DNA of 64,000 bases from Octopus vulgaris. Its lineage: Eukaryota. The translations under genes were made by a program, and so were the position numbers. Below are positions 43,941 to 58,762 of the stretch, in pieces; positions within the stretch are counted from its first letter, which is position 1; every line of letters starts with the position of its first letter. Where the stretch lies: NCBI GenBank assembly GCA_951406725.2, contig OX597817.1:96286001-96350000 (forward strand), given 5' to 3'. Under the pieces are notes generated by a model. That model made no database searches. It had not been told where the DNA came from and saw only the letters and a program-made list of their open reading frames with translations.

Positions 43941-44414
43941 TGCTGAAATCTATAACTATGCCGATTCAAAACTACATAAAATGAGTAGTGCAAGTAAAAA
44001 AAGTTCATCAATATTCAGTGGAATATTTAAAATTTGGATTTATACCTGCTATCCATGATAAACTGTCACCAAGTAATGGGCAAAAAACTCAGATCTTGTG
44101 AATTTTCCAAAGTCCTCTCCCCACCCCTCAGAAAAGATTTTCCCACAAATTTCTTTATAATCGTAATATATGCCGGGTGAAAGGTATTTATATAAAATTT
44201 CATTTTAAAAAAAAACATTATCCTAAAAGTTATGAGGGAAAAACTAGGATCTTGTGAATTTTCCAAAGTTTCCCCATTGATTTCCAAGTATTTTTTTTCA
44301 TATTCGTTTCGTACACATTTTTTTTAATGTCCATTGCACTGTTTTTTTTTATTTTGTTTCCGAGTAATATTATAAACATTAACCAAATTTTGAATAACAA
44401 AAATTAAATATCAC

Positions 44415-44482
44415 AAGGGGGCATCAGGATTTTAGAAATGATTTGGTGGGGCATAGCCAAAAATCGCTTGGGAATCACAGCT
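44415..44482. mobile_element. Possible hAT-type terminus
   Basis: aaaaatcgcttgggaatcacag resembles the hAT end motif aaaaaggttgggaaccactg. Confidence 0.35.
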
Positions 44483-44544
44483 GTAGTGTGTCAAACTGGT
44501 GGTGGAACTTGAGGCAATCTAGCACCCCTAAACAAAGGAGAATG

Positions 44545-44908
44545 ACTCAGTAGTGATATACATATGGAAGATCCTGGAAGGTCCAGCTCCTAACTTTGGA
44601 ATTGAAAGCTATACCAACCAATGACCTATTTTCCAACTAGAATAAGGACCCAGTACTGTAACAGCTTGGGTCTCAAGAGCCCACAACCTCAGAGATTTGC
44701 AAGGTGTAAATGTGGAGGTTTTCAAAGAATGTTTAGACAAATTTTTATCTGAGATACCAGATGAACCAACATTGCAGCAGGAGGCACAAAGAAAACCAGC
44801 TCTATCCAACTTGCTACTTCATGAGAAACAGTACAGAAAAGAAACCAAAACACACTGAAAGGTGGTATTCCAGCATGGCCTGAGCCTCTGACTGAAACTA
44901 GTAAAATA
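44545..44908 (+). mobile_element. CR1 LINE 3' end, decayed
   Basis: VIYIWKILEG, LDKFLSEIPDEP, tail ggtattccagcatggcc...ctgaaactagtaaaa. Confidence 0.75.
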
Positions 44909-45045
44909 TATATATATATCATCATCATTGAATGTTTATTTTCCATGCTAGCAAGAGTTAGACAGTTTCACAGAAGCAGGCCAACTAGAGCTACCCTGGC
45001 AACAATTTTGAATATGTATGTATGTATATATATATATATATATAT

Positions 45046-46197
45046 ACTCTCCTTCATTTTCTTCAATGTTCTTCCATCTATCTGGTAGACTTGCAAGGCC
45101 CCTCTTCCAAAATTCACTTCTCTGTGACAAAAAATACTCCTCCAGTGTTCTGGCCTTGTCTACAGCATTCATATTTTTTCCATCCAAATGATTTTGATAA
45201 ATGATAATCAGATGGGGCAACGTCTGGCAAGTATGGTGGGTGGGGCATCATTTCCTATTGAAACTGCTCCAGCCTTTGGAACGTCGTCCTTGCTTTATGT
45301 GGCGAGCATTATCCTGATGGAAGAATACCTTCGTCATGAAACCAAGGATGGTCATTTTTCTTCTAGTGCTGACCTAAGCTGCTCACAGCAGATCTCTTTT
45401 GTTACTGTTTGGTTTGCATTTAAAAGTTCAAAGTGGACTAAACCTTTCATATCCCACCAAACAGGTAACAACACCTTACATAGCTGAAGGCCTTCTTTAG
45501 CCTGATGTGCTGATGTTTCTCCTTTCCCTACCCACTATCTTCGGCGCTAGACATTTTTATAGAAGACCCATTTCTCGTCACCAGTCACTATTTGGTCCAA
45601 AAATAGTGCATTTGATAGACATGACAGCAAAGAAGAGCACACATTCACTGTCTGTGTACAATTAGACTTGGAAAGTTTATGAGGAACCCATTGACCCAAT
45701 TTGCTGACTTTTCTGATGGCACGCAGGTATCAATGAATGGTTGAATGACCAAATCCAAGATTCTCTGCTAGTTCCTTAACAGTTATTATGGATTTTGTTC
45801 CACCAGGGTTTGAAGAATGCCCTCGTTGAGCTCTACAGATCTTCAGGACAAGGCTCGTCTTCCAAGCTGTAGTTTCCAGCTTGGAATTTCTGGAACCACT
45901 GTTGAAACTGGATTACACTTATTGCCCAATCCCCATATACTGCATTAATATTCTTTGCACTATCCATTGCATTGTTGCCTTTATTGAACTCAAAAGCAAA
46001 ATATGCTGAATATGCTCCTTTGTCACTCCCATTATAGCCTTGAAAAAATAACTTAAAATCGAACTGTACTCTTCAAAACTTGTACTAAAATTACTACCAG
46101 CTTTTATAACAAGTTGATGCAGGTAGTTTATCCCACACCCCTCCAACTTTTAGTTCATGTAATTGAAAAAAAACGCATTATTTGAGGGATGACCCAA
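45046..46197 (-). mobile_element. Decayed mariner, nearly full length
   Basis: IVTGDEKW, HQDNARH, YLPDVAPSDY, LASLPDRWK; TIR plus TA at 46198. Confidence 0.8.
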
Positions 46198-46879
46198 TAC
46201 ATATACACAACAGACTTCTTTCACTTTTCATCTACTAAATCCACTCACAAGGCTTTGGTTGGCCCAAGACTATAGTAGAAGACACAAGCCCAAGATGCCA
46301 TGCAGTAGGACTGAACCTGGAACCATGTGGTTACAAAGCAAGCTTTTTATCACATAGCTACACCTGCACTTATATATGTGTGGGGGGGGGGTTATGCATG
46401 TATATTGATGAGGAAATGAATCTTTATTCAGCACAACAATCATTTTGACCCATTCTGCAGTTGTGTCACTTGAGATGCTTGGTGTAAAAAAAGATATCCC
46501 ATGAGATATACTGAGTTCTCTCTTTGGCATGTTGCTCTCACTTGTTGTACATAGGTACACTGACATAAGTGTACATGTGAGCATGTCAACTGAACCAATC
46601 TCCTAACGAGTGGTCATCTGTGGAATCTTCTACACAGCAGGGTGCAAGATGATAGTCTGCCACCAATACCACCATCTTGATAGTTATAACCACAGTAAAT
46701 GACATTCACTTGGTGACATGAGTGTGTGTGAATGTCTATAAATGTGTTCCTGTAGAAGAGTGTATACCCATTCTTCTTAATTTTAACTTTCTTTGACAGG
46801 CTTTATTCTCTATTCTTTATGATCTTAATTTATGTTATATATTCACTGTCAACTATAGCCAGTCCTATTTGTGGGCTAC

Positions 46880-47342
46880 AGCCCCAAAATTATTCTACCC
46901 TTTGTCAGTAGCACATAAAAAGCACCCTTCAAACATTGGGTGGTATGCTGTGCTTGAGAAGACCCATCAAACCAAGTGAAATCATACTCTTGGCCAATGC
47001 CAGTGTAGCGTAACTGGCACCCATGCCAGTGGAACAGAAAGCACCCTTCAAATGTTGGCCCTCAAGAAGGCAGTGACAAGCGACTGAGACCTTTGGTAAT
47101 ATACTGCGCTTGAGAAGACCTGTCAAGCCAAGTGAGATCGTAGTTGTGGTAAATGCTGGTGTTGTGCCACTGGCACATAAAAAGCACCCACTACACTTTT
47201 GGAGTGGTTGGTATTAGGAAGGGCATCCAGCCATAGAAACTGTACCAAATTAGATTGGAACCTGGTGCAGCTCCCAAGCTTTCAGTCAAACCATCCAACC
47301 CACTGCAGCATGGAAAACAGACGTTAAATGATGATGATGATG
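46880..47342 (+). mobile_element. RTE 3' end
   Basis: Repeated ORF-end motif cttgagaagacc, aggaagggcatccagc, (gat)n tail. Confidence 0.8.
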
Positions 47343-47735
47343 TATCTTCTCAGAAACATCTCACCAAGTAAGTGATTCAAGTTGGCACAAAGATGTCTGT
47401 TTATGAACAAAAGTAGGCTCCAAAGCCGAAACAAATGAACAGGTGGTTAAATCTACTGAGAAATGCAGTATAACATCACATGATAAAGCTTGAAGATAAT
47501 GTCAGGTGTACTGTTTGTTCCTCATTATGTCCATATCTAATTGGTTACACAGAATTAGAATCTGCCTAAATGAAGCTGGTAAATCTTGTCATCACTACAG
47601 TGAGCTTGCATTATGTACTACACATGAACTGTTATTTAATATAAGTTGGTTAAGCATTTGATTGATTACTGCCATGCCATGGGTCTGCTTGTGTAGAAAC
47701 AGAGCTATTCAACAAAGCTGGACTATATTTACTTA

Positions 47736-47879
<144 letters not shown>

Positions 47880-48329
47880 TCAGTTGTGATTGCTTCAGAA
47901 CAATATTAATTCATTTCACAACAGATTTTGACAAAATGAGTATGTCATAAGTAATATATTTTCCCATGAGAAAGTTGCCATCAAATACGACAAAATAATT
48001 TTATTCCATTCATATTGTTTAGTCAAACACGAGTAAAATATAGAGCAATAAGACTGGTCCATTGGCCAAAAGAAGTGTTCTTTCAGCAACAGTTAAAGGA
48101 AATCAACCTTATATTTCTGATACTGGCCAAATTTTTACCTTTGAGAAATATACAATTGCAACTACGTCTCTTCTTTTCCTCACATCTCTTATTTTATGCA
48201 TCATACTTACCTCTTACTCCCCAATCCTGTCCTCATGGTCCTGTTCACTGTATCATTACTATCTGGTAGCCCACTCCCCTATATGCCCAGGTTTTCACCA
48301 CTCACTGCATTTCTCTTCCCCACTCTCTA

Positions 48330-48595
48330 CACATGCTTCCTTGGCAATGTCCTGCCATTTATATTATTGCCATGATCTATCTCTCTCTTCTTTTGCTCTA
48401 CCATCCCATTTATATTCTGATTCCCATCCCTTGTGAGTATGCCTGGCACTCTGCCACCATCTCCTTCCTGCTCTCTTGCATTCTTGCTGTCTCCCATGCT
48501 CTCTCTCTCACTCTCTCTCCTTCTGCTCTTCCCTCAGGCTGGGTAACCAAGTATCTCCTTTACAGTAACACACCTGTTTCTGTCCTCATTCCTGA

Positions 48596-48634
<39 letters not shown>

Positions 48635-49070
48635 CCAGGTAACCATGTACCTCCTCTACAGAAAGACACCTGTTTCTATCTCTCTGTCTCACTCTAACCT
48701 ATCATCATCTGACGCAAGATCACCTTCTCCAATACCCTTTCCCTCTCAAAGAATCTTTATCTTGCAAGTTACTTGGTGACCCTGCCAGTACTGATGTCAC
48801 ATAAAAAGTATCCAGTCCACATTGTAAAGTGATTGGCATTTGGAAGAGATCTAGCTATAAAAACATTGCCAAAACTGACCTCGCTTATACTGGTGCCACA
48901 TAAAAAAACACTCAGTCCACTCAGCTGGGTGGTTTGTGTTAGGAAGGGCATCCAGCCATAAAAACCCTGCCAAATCAGACAGAAGTCTGGTGCAGGCTCC
49001 TGTTAGCCCAGCTTCAGTCAAACCGTCCAGCATGGAAGGCAGACATTAAACAATGATGATGATGATGATG
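48330..49070 (+). mobile_element. RTE 3' end with pyrimidine-rich UTR
   Basis: aggaagggcatccagcc...gcatggaaggcagacattaaac(gat)n; 5' boundary approximate. Confidence 0.65.
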
Positions 49071-49559
49071 AATTATGGCTATTCTAATGCAGAACCCACA
49101 GTGTTTGTCAATACCAAATTCACCATAAACGATGGCAACACAAGAAGTGGTCAGTTTTACAAGAGCATGAAAACAATGAAGCCATTAATGCAGATAATTG
49201 AGTTATACAGCACTAACAGAAGAGGGAAGGAGCAATAGTATACCATACGTAGTCTAAATTCAAATCAGCCATATTCCTGCTACATAAAATAAAAATTCTT
49301 AGTAGAGCTTATATTTTCTACTTATTCTAGAAAACTCAGTTCTGAATTAAATTTTGATATCAATACCTATTCAGGTATTTTATGAATTTCACATAATATA
49401 ATTCTAATAGCTTCATGTTTTTATATGATAGCATAAAGTTTAAACAATTTTCTCATTCTAACTTCTACACTTCAGTCTAAGTTTTGGGGCTAGTTATTAA
49501 GAACTTGCTAGGCTATCAAATAAATTCATTTTTTCCCCCCATTTATTTTGATCTTTATT

Positions 49560-50643
49560 TTTCATCAACAATTTTAACAAATCAGTCAATAATATATTCT
49601 CTTTCATTGTTCAGAACTTTTTGCCAACTTTCTACTAGTTAGTCAATTGAAGGTAGAAATCACTAGGTCTTGACTTGAAGAATTCATGAAGCCACATTTT
49701 CAGCTCCATGTTGTTGATCAAAACACCTTTCAGGCTGCTGGACAGCATCTGAAAAAGGTAATAATCTGAAGAAGCTATATTAGATTACAGTGGATGCAGT
49801 AGAACTTCCTAAACATGCTCTTGAACAGTGTTTTGGTCAAATTAGCAGTAGGAGTGGGGCACTGAAGAAGTACACCATGTTGTCACTCATGTCATTTCAG
49901 CTTGAATACATCACTGAGCTAGTGCATTTGCTGAATATAAAGCTCTGCATTGATGGTGTGGCTGTTTTCAAGTATTTCCTGGTGGATTAGCTCTTCCCAA
50001 TCCCACCAAAAGCAAATCATTGTCTTGCATGGATGTGGCTCTCACTTGGTTCAAGGTGTTGCTTGATTATTGGGACTCAGCCATTCTCTCCTTTGTGAGC
50101 AAACTGGCAAGAATAGAGGACAACTGGAGTTTATCTCTTTATTTAGTGTATATGGCCCCATCACTGAATTTTTTAACCTTGCCTATCATGTGAAGGTAAT
50201 GTGTGACTATATCATGAAAGCATCCCACCTGCTGAGCCAATTCCTTAGTGGATTTGTGCAATACTCATGGATGAGCTCATTTAATCAATCCTCATTGAAC
50301 TCTACAGGTTGGCTGAAATACTAAGGTCAAATTTCCTCTCCAACTACGAAAACAATTTCTGTGCATCTCTTTCAGTAATAGTACCTTCTCATTACATATC
50401 ACAAATGCCATAATCTTATTTGAAAGCAAAAAGAAAGTGTCAAAAATGCCCATTTTCTTTTCCTATTTAGCACTCCATTACCATGTCTGAAAAGAGGTAA
50501 AATTTAATCAAAAATGGTAAACAAAAGTTGTAGAGTAAAAATAGAGCTACAAAACAAAGCCCCATACAACACTATGATAAAAGTATTTTATGTGTTAATT
50601 CCAATAATATTGAAAAGAAATTATTGAATTTGTGACAACCCAA
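49560..50643 (-). mobile_element. Highly decayed mariner
   Basis: NIASSDYYLF (PDLAPSDYYLF-like) and TIR-like end gacaacccaa + TA. Confidence 0.55.
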
Positions 50644-50645
50644 TA

Positions 50646-51934
50646 CAATGGGGTACTCAAAAGTAATTAGAAATGTTCTCTGTGGGACAAACTAGTTGTA
50701 GTTCAGACTTCTGCTGCTAGAAGCAACTTGATGTAACCCTCAGGCATCAGTCTGCCAACCAGCAGTAGTGTCTGAAGTTGTATTGCTATGTAGTACAGCA
50801 TTGCTTTGTAGTGCTTCTCCCCTGTTTGTCAATGTTTGCAATGGCTGAAATGAAGGAACAGCATGCTTCCAGGAAATTCTATTTTCTACTGGGGTAAATG
50901 GTAGCCAAAACAATTGTCATGCTTTAAACAGCTTACAAGGATACTGCCATGAACAAAACACAAGTTTACGAGTGGTTTTCACGGTTTTGGAGTGGTCACT
51001 TGTTGTTTGAAGATCAACCTCATTCAGGGCAACTCTTCACTTTCTGAACGAATGAAAACATCCTAAAAGTTCATGAACTGATCTTGGAAGATTGTCACCA
51101 AACAACTAACAAGCTTGTTGATATGACTAGTGTATCATGGAACTCCTGCCAATGAATTTTGAGAAGGGAGTTGCAAATTAAAAAAGGTGCAGCAAAATTT
51201 GTGCCTCATTTGCTCACAAAAAAATCAAAAGCAGTCACAACTGAATGTGTGTCATGAACTGAAAGAACAGTTAGAAGTTGATAAGGTCATTTTTCAAAGG
51301 TCACCACTGGTGATGAAAGCTGGACATGAAGCAGCAATCAAGTCAATGGAAGCATTCAATGTCACCACACCCCAAAAAAGTGTGTTGAGTGAAGTCCAGT
51401 GTCAAGACAATGCTGATTTGTTTCATTGACGCGAAAGGAATTGTTCACACAGAATTTATTATTTTTCCTGGTCAAACTGTTAACCAGACATTTTACTTGA
51501 AAGTTCTGAAGCGCATGTGAGACGCAGAGAGACAAAAATATCCTAACCTGTGGCAAAGTGGAGAATGTTGGTTTCATCACGACAATGTGCCTGCACACAC
51601 CACCTTCAGGGTGAGACAGTCTTAACCAAAAATGACCCAGCTTACCCACCCTCCCTATTCACCTGATCTTGCTCCCAGCAACTTTTTTTATCACCCCAAA
51701 TGAAAAAAGTCCTTAAAGGAAAACATTTTACAGATGTGGAGAGATGAAAAATATGATGGAAGCGTTAAAAAGCATCACTTTGCAAGAGGACTGCTATGAA
51801 CAGTGGAAAATGCATCTGGACTGATGCATTGCTTCAAATGAAGAATACTTTGAAGGCAATAAAAGTGTAAACATGTAAAAGTAGGTGAATAAAATAATAT
51901 TGTAAAATTCCAGTTTCTTTTGGGTACCCCCTCG
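50646..51934 (+). mobile_element. Decayed full-length mariner
   Basis: Ends caatggggtactcaaaag / cttttgggtaccccctcg; TGDESW, HDNVPAH, HPPYSPDLAPS. Confidence 0.85.
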
Positions 51935-52099
51935 CATTTACATTCTGAACATTATTCATTCTATCTACCCTCATAAAAATTCCTTTCATTTTTTTAACAT
52001 CCTAATCACTATCTTAGACTAATGTTAACCATCCATTTGGTCTTATCAATCATCCCAGTATTCAGTTTTTACTTATATTTGTATAGAGCAACATATTTA

Positions 52100-52270
<171 letters not shown>

Positions 52271-53089
52271 CTATTACTTTAGTGACTTTTACCATGACAA
52301 ATGACAATATACAAATAAAATAAGTTGACAATTTGGTGTCAGTTACTTATTCTTGTCATTCAAGTTATCACTTCACCACCTTAAGAAATCTAAAGTTTAT
52401 ATTCAGTTTTGAAGATTATAATATTTCTCATCTATAATGAATGATATCAAACACAGAGAGGGAAATACATATGTTGGCTGAAGGATACAGTTGATTAACT
52501 CTACAAATTTTATGATTTTGGAGGGAGGTGAACTCAGTAACAACGAAAGATTTAATAGGTCTGCTTGAATTTTCAACAACCTTGAAGTTAGAGGTATTCC
52601 TAAATATACCAGCTAGTTCACTATTCGGTGTCACATCTACAAACAGAACACTATCAAATTGCTTGTCATACTATGTTTTAATTTTAATCACCTTACCAGT
52701 ATATTTAATTACCCTGTTCCAGAACTTGCGGTAAAGCGGACATGTCCATCTACAGCCTTTTTAAAAAGTGCATTTAAAACTTTTCTTTGCTCTATTACTC
52801 ACCCCAATTCTATCTACTTGCCATTATGACTCCCTAAATAAGACTTAGGTTAGACATCTTATCTAGTGATGTCTCTGATATTATGTTGACGCAAGTCACT
52901 GAGTTTTTCTACATACGTGAGTACAAGCATAGTTTCAACTGCAAGTCTGAACAGAGTAACACCTATACATCTTATGCAAGAGGTGCTCTATCTCCATCCC
53001 TCCATATTCCACTTTCCAAAATTTATTTTGTAAATTCATTTTTTATTCTATTTTTATTCTAATTATTTTATTTTTATCCTCTTTGTTTC

Positions 53090-56000
53090 TTTGTTGTTAT
53101 TGTTATTACTATCATCATTATAATGTTTGGACTGTGCATTGTATTCATACAAGTCTCACCCACAGACCTCAAGAGACTGCAAGTTTTAATTTCAAATGGG
53201 CATTATGACTAGGATGGTTTATAACTGTCATGTTTTGGGGGAAGAATGTAGTTCGTTGACAGGGATTTGTGTTTTGTGTACCTTGAATTTGTAAGAGGAA
53301 TTGTTTTAGAAAATGTGCTTTTGATAAGTGAAAAAAGATTGTTTTGGAGTTATATTCTGAATTTCTTTCATTTTTGGATTCCCTGAGAAATGACAGGTAA
53401 TTATCAGCTGCTTTAGCTAATATTCCTAGAACACCTACAATCACAGGTATTGTTCTAGTCTTGCCAATCTTTTTCAAGATGTTTGTGGTTGCTCAACTGT
53501 TGGTAGGTCTTGATAGATATATTTATATTAATTGGGAGTATTATATCAATAAGGAGGCAAGATTTTCATGTGAAGTGAAATCCTTCAATATAAATCTGGC
53601 CTATTTGCATTTGTCTTTCTGTCAACTTGAATGGAAAAGTTCCATAGGAGAGAGATATGATCATTTACAAGCACTGGAAGTGGTGTGTGTTCCCACCAGT
53701 TTCCAAGATGAAGCAGGTTCCTCACAAATCCCCTAGTAGATATACTGAGTAGCTTTATCATGCTTGTTGAGATATTCTAAGGGAACAAGGGAAGTTACAC
53801 ATGGAGATGACGGGATTGGTGGTTTCAGGCTGGTTTTTGTTTTTTTTTTTTTTTTTTGTTTTACACTCAACATGTTGGGCTGCAGTCATTCTTTAAGATG
53901 TTGGCCTGATAGCTTCTTCTAGTTGGTAGATCCTGGGCTGCTATGACAAAATCCTTCCATCACTGATTTTAAACCAGAGGAAACTAACCATTGATGGGTA
54001 AGAGTTTTGTCAACATCAGCACTGTTAGCCCTCACTAATAATCTTTCAGATATTTTCTTGCTTTTTTGTTACTGAATACAATTTTTGGCTATTTTCATAC
54101 CTTAAAACAAGTTTTAGGATCCAGTACACAGAATTTTATTGTGGCAAGAGTCATTGACACCCCTGACGGATTGGAAGAATGGACCAGCTTGACTCTTATA
54201 AAGAGTAGCATACTGGTTGAGACCAAAGGTCGATAGGAGTTGTTGAGAGGGAGTTTTCGAGTCTCATGGAGTACGTCATGTGAACACATTCATTTTACCT
54301 CCACTTTATTAAATTATGTATATCCAACGTTTGTCAAGGATATAAATGTGGCAACGAGATATTTGAAGCTTGCATTGGATATTAAAATGTTTTTCTTGGT
54401 ACGAAATCAAAGAAAAATCATTAACATGGAAGACTTATTGCAGTTGCAACAGTAACTACAGCAGTTACAACAACTACAACAGCAACAACAACAATACAAA
54501 CAGTTGCAGGAAGTAGTGTTGAAGAAGTCTGAAAACACTTCAGGTTTGTTCTCATCAGATGGCATAGCAAACTCAATTGGAGAATTTATTTATAACCTAG
54601 AAGAAGGTACTACTTTTTCTACATATTTTCAAAGATTCCCAGATATTAACAAAATTAGAACAGGACCAAAAATTAAATCTACAGGTAGTGGCTGAAGAAC
54701 GTCAGAGAATTATAAATTTAAGACATGACATGGATAAAATTAAAGTAAAAGATTGCTCTCATATACATGCATATCAACCTGAAATGGATAAGGGAAAACA
54801 AACGTCAAGACCAAATCCATGCTATGGGTGCAGTGGTTTACATTTTAGAAGTAACTGTCCTTTTAAAAATCATATATGTTTTGAGTGTGGGAAAATTGGA
54901 CATAAAAAGTCACATTGTATAAGTGAAACAAAAAAAAGGGTCAAGCAAAAACAATTCTAGAAAGAATGTATTGCTAACAAAAATTCTAAGCAAGGCTCAG
55001 AAAAGAAAATTTGTGTCTATGAAAATTAATAATGTGAATACCAAGTTACAATTGGATATGAGCAGTGATATCACAATAATACAGATACATGGAGAAAAAC
55101 AGGGAAACCTAGATTAAAGGAAACTTTGAAAATTGTGCGAAGTGTTTCAGGAAAAAAATTGCATTTTATGGGCAAAATGTTTAGTGATGTGACATTTCAT
55201 GGAAAATCCTTGAAAGCCAAAGTTTTTGTGTTGAAAAATATGACAAATTTATTTGGAACAGACTGGATGGAACTATTTAACTTATGGGACCTTCCCATAA
55301 TTATTTTTTGCAAAATTGTGAATGGTTCTTCCACCAGTACAAATAAGGCATCAGAGGATTTAAAAAAAGAATTTTAAAAGATTTTTCCTGAAGTTTTTTC
55401 TGAAGAATTGGGTCTTTGCACCAACATAGGCAAAGTTTCAAGTGAAAGAAAACACTATACCAGTATTTAAACCTAAATGAATGCTATCTTTCACAGCATT
55501 GAAACAAGTCAACGAAGAATTGGATAGACTTGAAAAGCTTGGCATTGTTGGGCATCCCCAACAGTTTATGTCAAGAAAAAAAAAAAAAAATCCAAGTATG
55601 TGCTGATTTTTCAACAGGATTAAACGAATGTTTGATGCTATATAATTACCCATTACCAAGTCCAGAGTAAATTTTCGCAAAGTTGAATGGAGGAAAATTT
55701 TTTGAAATTTGGACCTATCTGAAGCATATTTGCAAGTAAAAGTCGATGAGGAATGTTCAAAATTATTAACAATAAATACCCATATAGGGCTGTATAAATT
55801 AAATTGACTCCCCTTTAGTATAAAGTTAGTACCTGGCATTTTCCAACAAGTTATGGACATTATGCTCGCAAGTTCAGATTTTGCTGTAGCTTAACTTGAC
55901 AACATACTCATAAAAAGTGAATCTCAGAGTCAGTATGCTGACTCTAGGGCAAGTGCAATAAAAAAAATATGCCTCCCCTAACAAACATTAAAATGTTACA

Positions 56001-58385
56001 AGCCATTTGGGGGATTGCAAATTACTACCAGGTATACATAACAAATATGCACAATTTAAGAGCACCTCTGAATAGCTTGTTAAAAAAAGACATTAAGTGG
56101 AACTGGTCGGACAAATGCCAAAAAGTTTTTGAAGAAACTAAAAACGTCTTAACATCAGAATTATTGTTATCACATGTTGATCTGAATTTAGAAATAGTAG
56201 TGGCAGCAGATGCTAGTGAAAGTGGTATTGGAGCTGTGATTTTACACAAATATGAAGATGGTAGCCTGAAAGTAGTGGCTCATGCTTTGTATTCATAATT
56301 GCCAGCTGAGAAAAGCTACACTCAAATAGAAAAAGTGGCATTAGCCATCATATTTGCAGTAAAAAAATTCCATAAATTTATACATGTAAGAAGGTTCCGT
56401 CTGCAGACAGACCACTACCCATTATTGTCATTCTATGGATCAAAAAAGGGTATCCCCACACATACAACCAACAGATTGCCGTGCTGGGGAATAATCCTAC
56501 TGAATTACAACTTCAAAATGAAGTATTTGCCATCAAAAAAATTGAGACATGCAGATGGTTTGTCAAGGTTAATACCAAAATACAGAGAACCACTAGAAGA
56601 CACAGTAATAGCGGTGTTAAAAGCCGAAAATAAAATTAAAAATATATTGTGCAATGTTGTGCATGAATTGCCTGTGACATTGGAGGAAATAAAAATTAAG
56701 GCAGAGACAGACAAGTTTACCGTAAAAATGAAAAAAATAGTGATATCAGAAGAAACAAAAAGCCACTTATGAGGAGTTACTTTTACTGGCCAAAAATGGA
56801 TCTAGATATTGAGAAGTTGGTAAAATCTTGAAGAGGTTGTGCTTTTGCAGTGAAATCACCCCCTATAAATTTTCAACCTAGGCCCAAGGCCAATATTCCA
56901 TGGTCCAGACTATACATAGACTTCACCGGACCATTAAACCAATCATATTATCTAATAATGGTAGATAGCTTTTCAAAATGGCCAGAAATATGTAAATGTA
57001 ACAAATTGACATCCACAGTAACAGTGGGATTTCTACATGAACTTTTAACTAGGTATGGTGTCTGGATACCATAGTCTCTGATAACGGTACACAATTCATG
57101 ACGAATGAATTTAAGAATTTTTGAACATATCACTATTCCTCCATATCACTCACAATCAAACAGGCAAGCGGAAAGGTTTGTGGAGACATTAAAAAGAGTA
57201 TTAAAGAAATGAAAAAAACAAGCTAGTCGATGACACAGCATTGACACAATGCACAATAACACCAAACCCAAACACTTTTTCAGGTAAGTCACTGGCAGAA
57301 CTAATGTTTGCTCAAAAAATAAAGTCAATTTTCGACAAGCTGTAACCAGTAAGAAAAACAAACAGGGAAAACACGAAAAATACAACAAAGTATTTTAATA
57401 TCAGGAACAAGGTGTATTTTAAAATATATAAAAATGGAAGGCATGGTTGGGAAGATGGAGTAGTAGCAAAAAGAATAGGCAAAATGACATATATGATAAG
57501 AGGTGAAAAATGGGAACACAAATCAGCTAAAAAGTAGATATATATGGAAAAAAGAAAAGAGATACCCATGGAAGTGTTCTATCACACTTTTGATGTTCCA
57601 ATGTCACAAGAAATTGAACCTAGGCATAGCAGCACAAGAAAGAGGAAACAAACAGAACGGCTGGAAAGAGTGCCTAAATGGAAGAAATATTAAACTTCCC
57701 TAGAAGAAAAATCTCAAAAAGGGAGATGTGATGAAAGAAAAATAAATAAATAAAAATAATATTAACTTCCAACAAACGTCAATCTCGAAGGAGGAGATGT
57801 TGTGGCGAGAGTCATTGATACCCCTGGGGGATTAGAAGAATGGACTAGCTGAACTCTTATAAAGAGTAGCCTATTGGTTGAGATGAAATGTCGATAGGAG
57901 TTGTTGAGAGGGCGTTTTGGAGTCTCACAAAGTACATCATGGGAACACATTGATTTTACCTCCACTTCATTAAATTATATATCTCCAACATTTGTCAAGG
58001 ATATAAAAGTTTTTCAGATAAGAGTTTTGACCGATTATGGTAATTTTCACTGACAATTCAAGTTGTAGGAGTCCATGGCTTCCTTCTCTTCATAGTCAGA
58101 AGAATCATTTGATGTCTGCTTTAAGGTGGTGCATTTTATTCACTGTTGAAAATTTCTGAATTTTTCTATCAAGCTTACAAATTTCAGCACTTGACCATTC
58201 AATTATTGTGATAGCATTCTTTTCTGATCTTTTCCCTAACTGTTGAGTGCTGGATTCTATTACTACCAATACTTCCAAGTATTTATACCATGGGAGTATA
58301 TCAGCAATTTTTTGATCAAATTCAACATTGGATGTTTTTGACAGTTACTCTTTGATGAAGGTAGCTTTTTCACATTTATCAAGGC
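53090..58385 (-). mobile_element. R4/Dong-clade (RLE) LINE remnant split by the Gypsy element (53090-54136 and 58008-58385)
   Basis: LDKCEKATF, VIAAQD, LLWNFSIQVDRKTNANRPD, IPVIVGVLG; (AAT/AAC)n tail. Confidence 0.7.
54137..58007 (+). mobile_element. Decayed Gypsy (Mag/K02A2.6-like) LTR retrotransposon
   Basis: LTRs of about 210 bp (54137-54346, 57798-58007), PBS tggcaacgag, PPT gaaggaggaga, double CCHC gag, protease LQLD, RNase H ADASESGIGAV and TDH, integrase IDFTGP and VDSFSKW. Confidence 0.92.
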
Positions 58386-58391
58386 TTATTA

Positions 58392-58762
58392 TTATTTTTT
58401 TATCTTTTACTTGTTTCAGTCATTGGACTACAGCCATGCAAGGACACCACCTTCAAGGGTTTGGTCAAGGAAATCAAACCCCAGTATTTATTTTTTAAGT
58501 CTGGCACTTATTCTATCACTATCTTTTGCTAAACTGCTAAGTTACAGAGATGTAAACAAACCAACACTGGTTGTCAAGCAGTGGTGGAGGATAAAAACAA
58601 CACACACACAGGTTTCTTTCAGTTTCCCTCTATCAAATCCATTCACAAGGCTTTGGCCAGCCCAGAGTATAGTAGAAGATAATTTCCCAATGTGCCATGC
58701 AGTGGGACTGAACTCAGAACTATTGATTAGGAAGCAAGGTTCTTATCTCACAGCCATGCCTA
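58392..58762 (-). mobile_element. SINE family 1, full length
   Basis: Aligns to the reverse complement of 2328-2722. Confidence 0.8.

Larger units (their letters stand above)
41320..46368 (-). mobile_element. SINE family 1 copy split into a 3' half (41320-41515) and a 5' half (46200-46368) by nested insertions
   Basis: The halves align to the reverse complement of 2328-2722. Confidence 0.6.
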
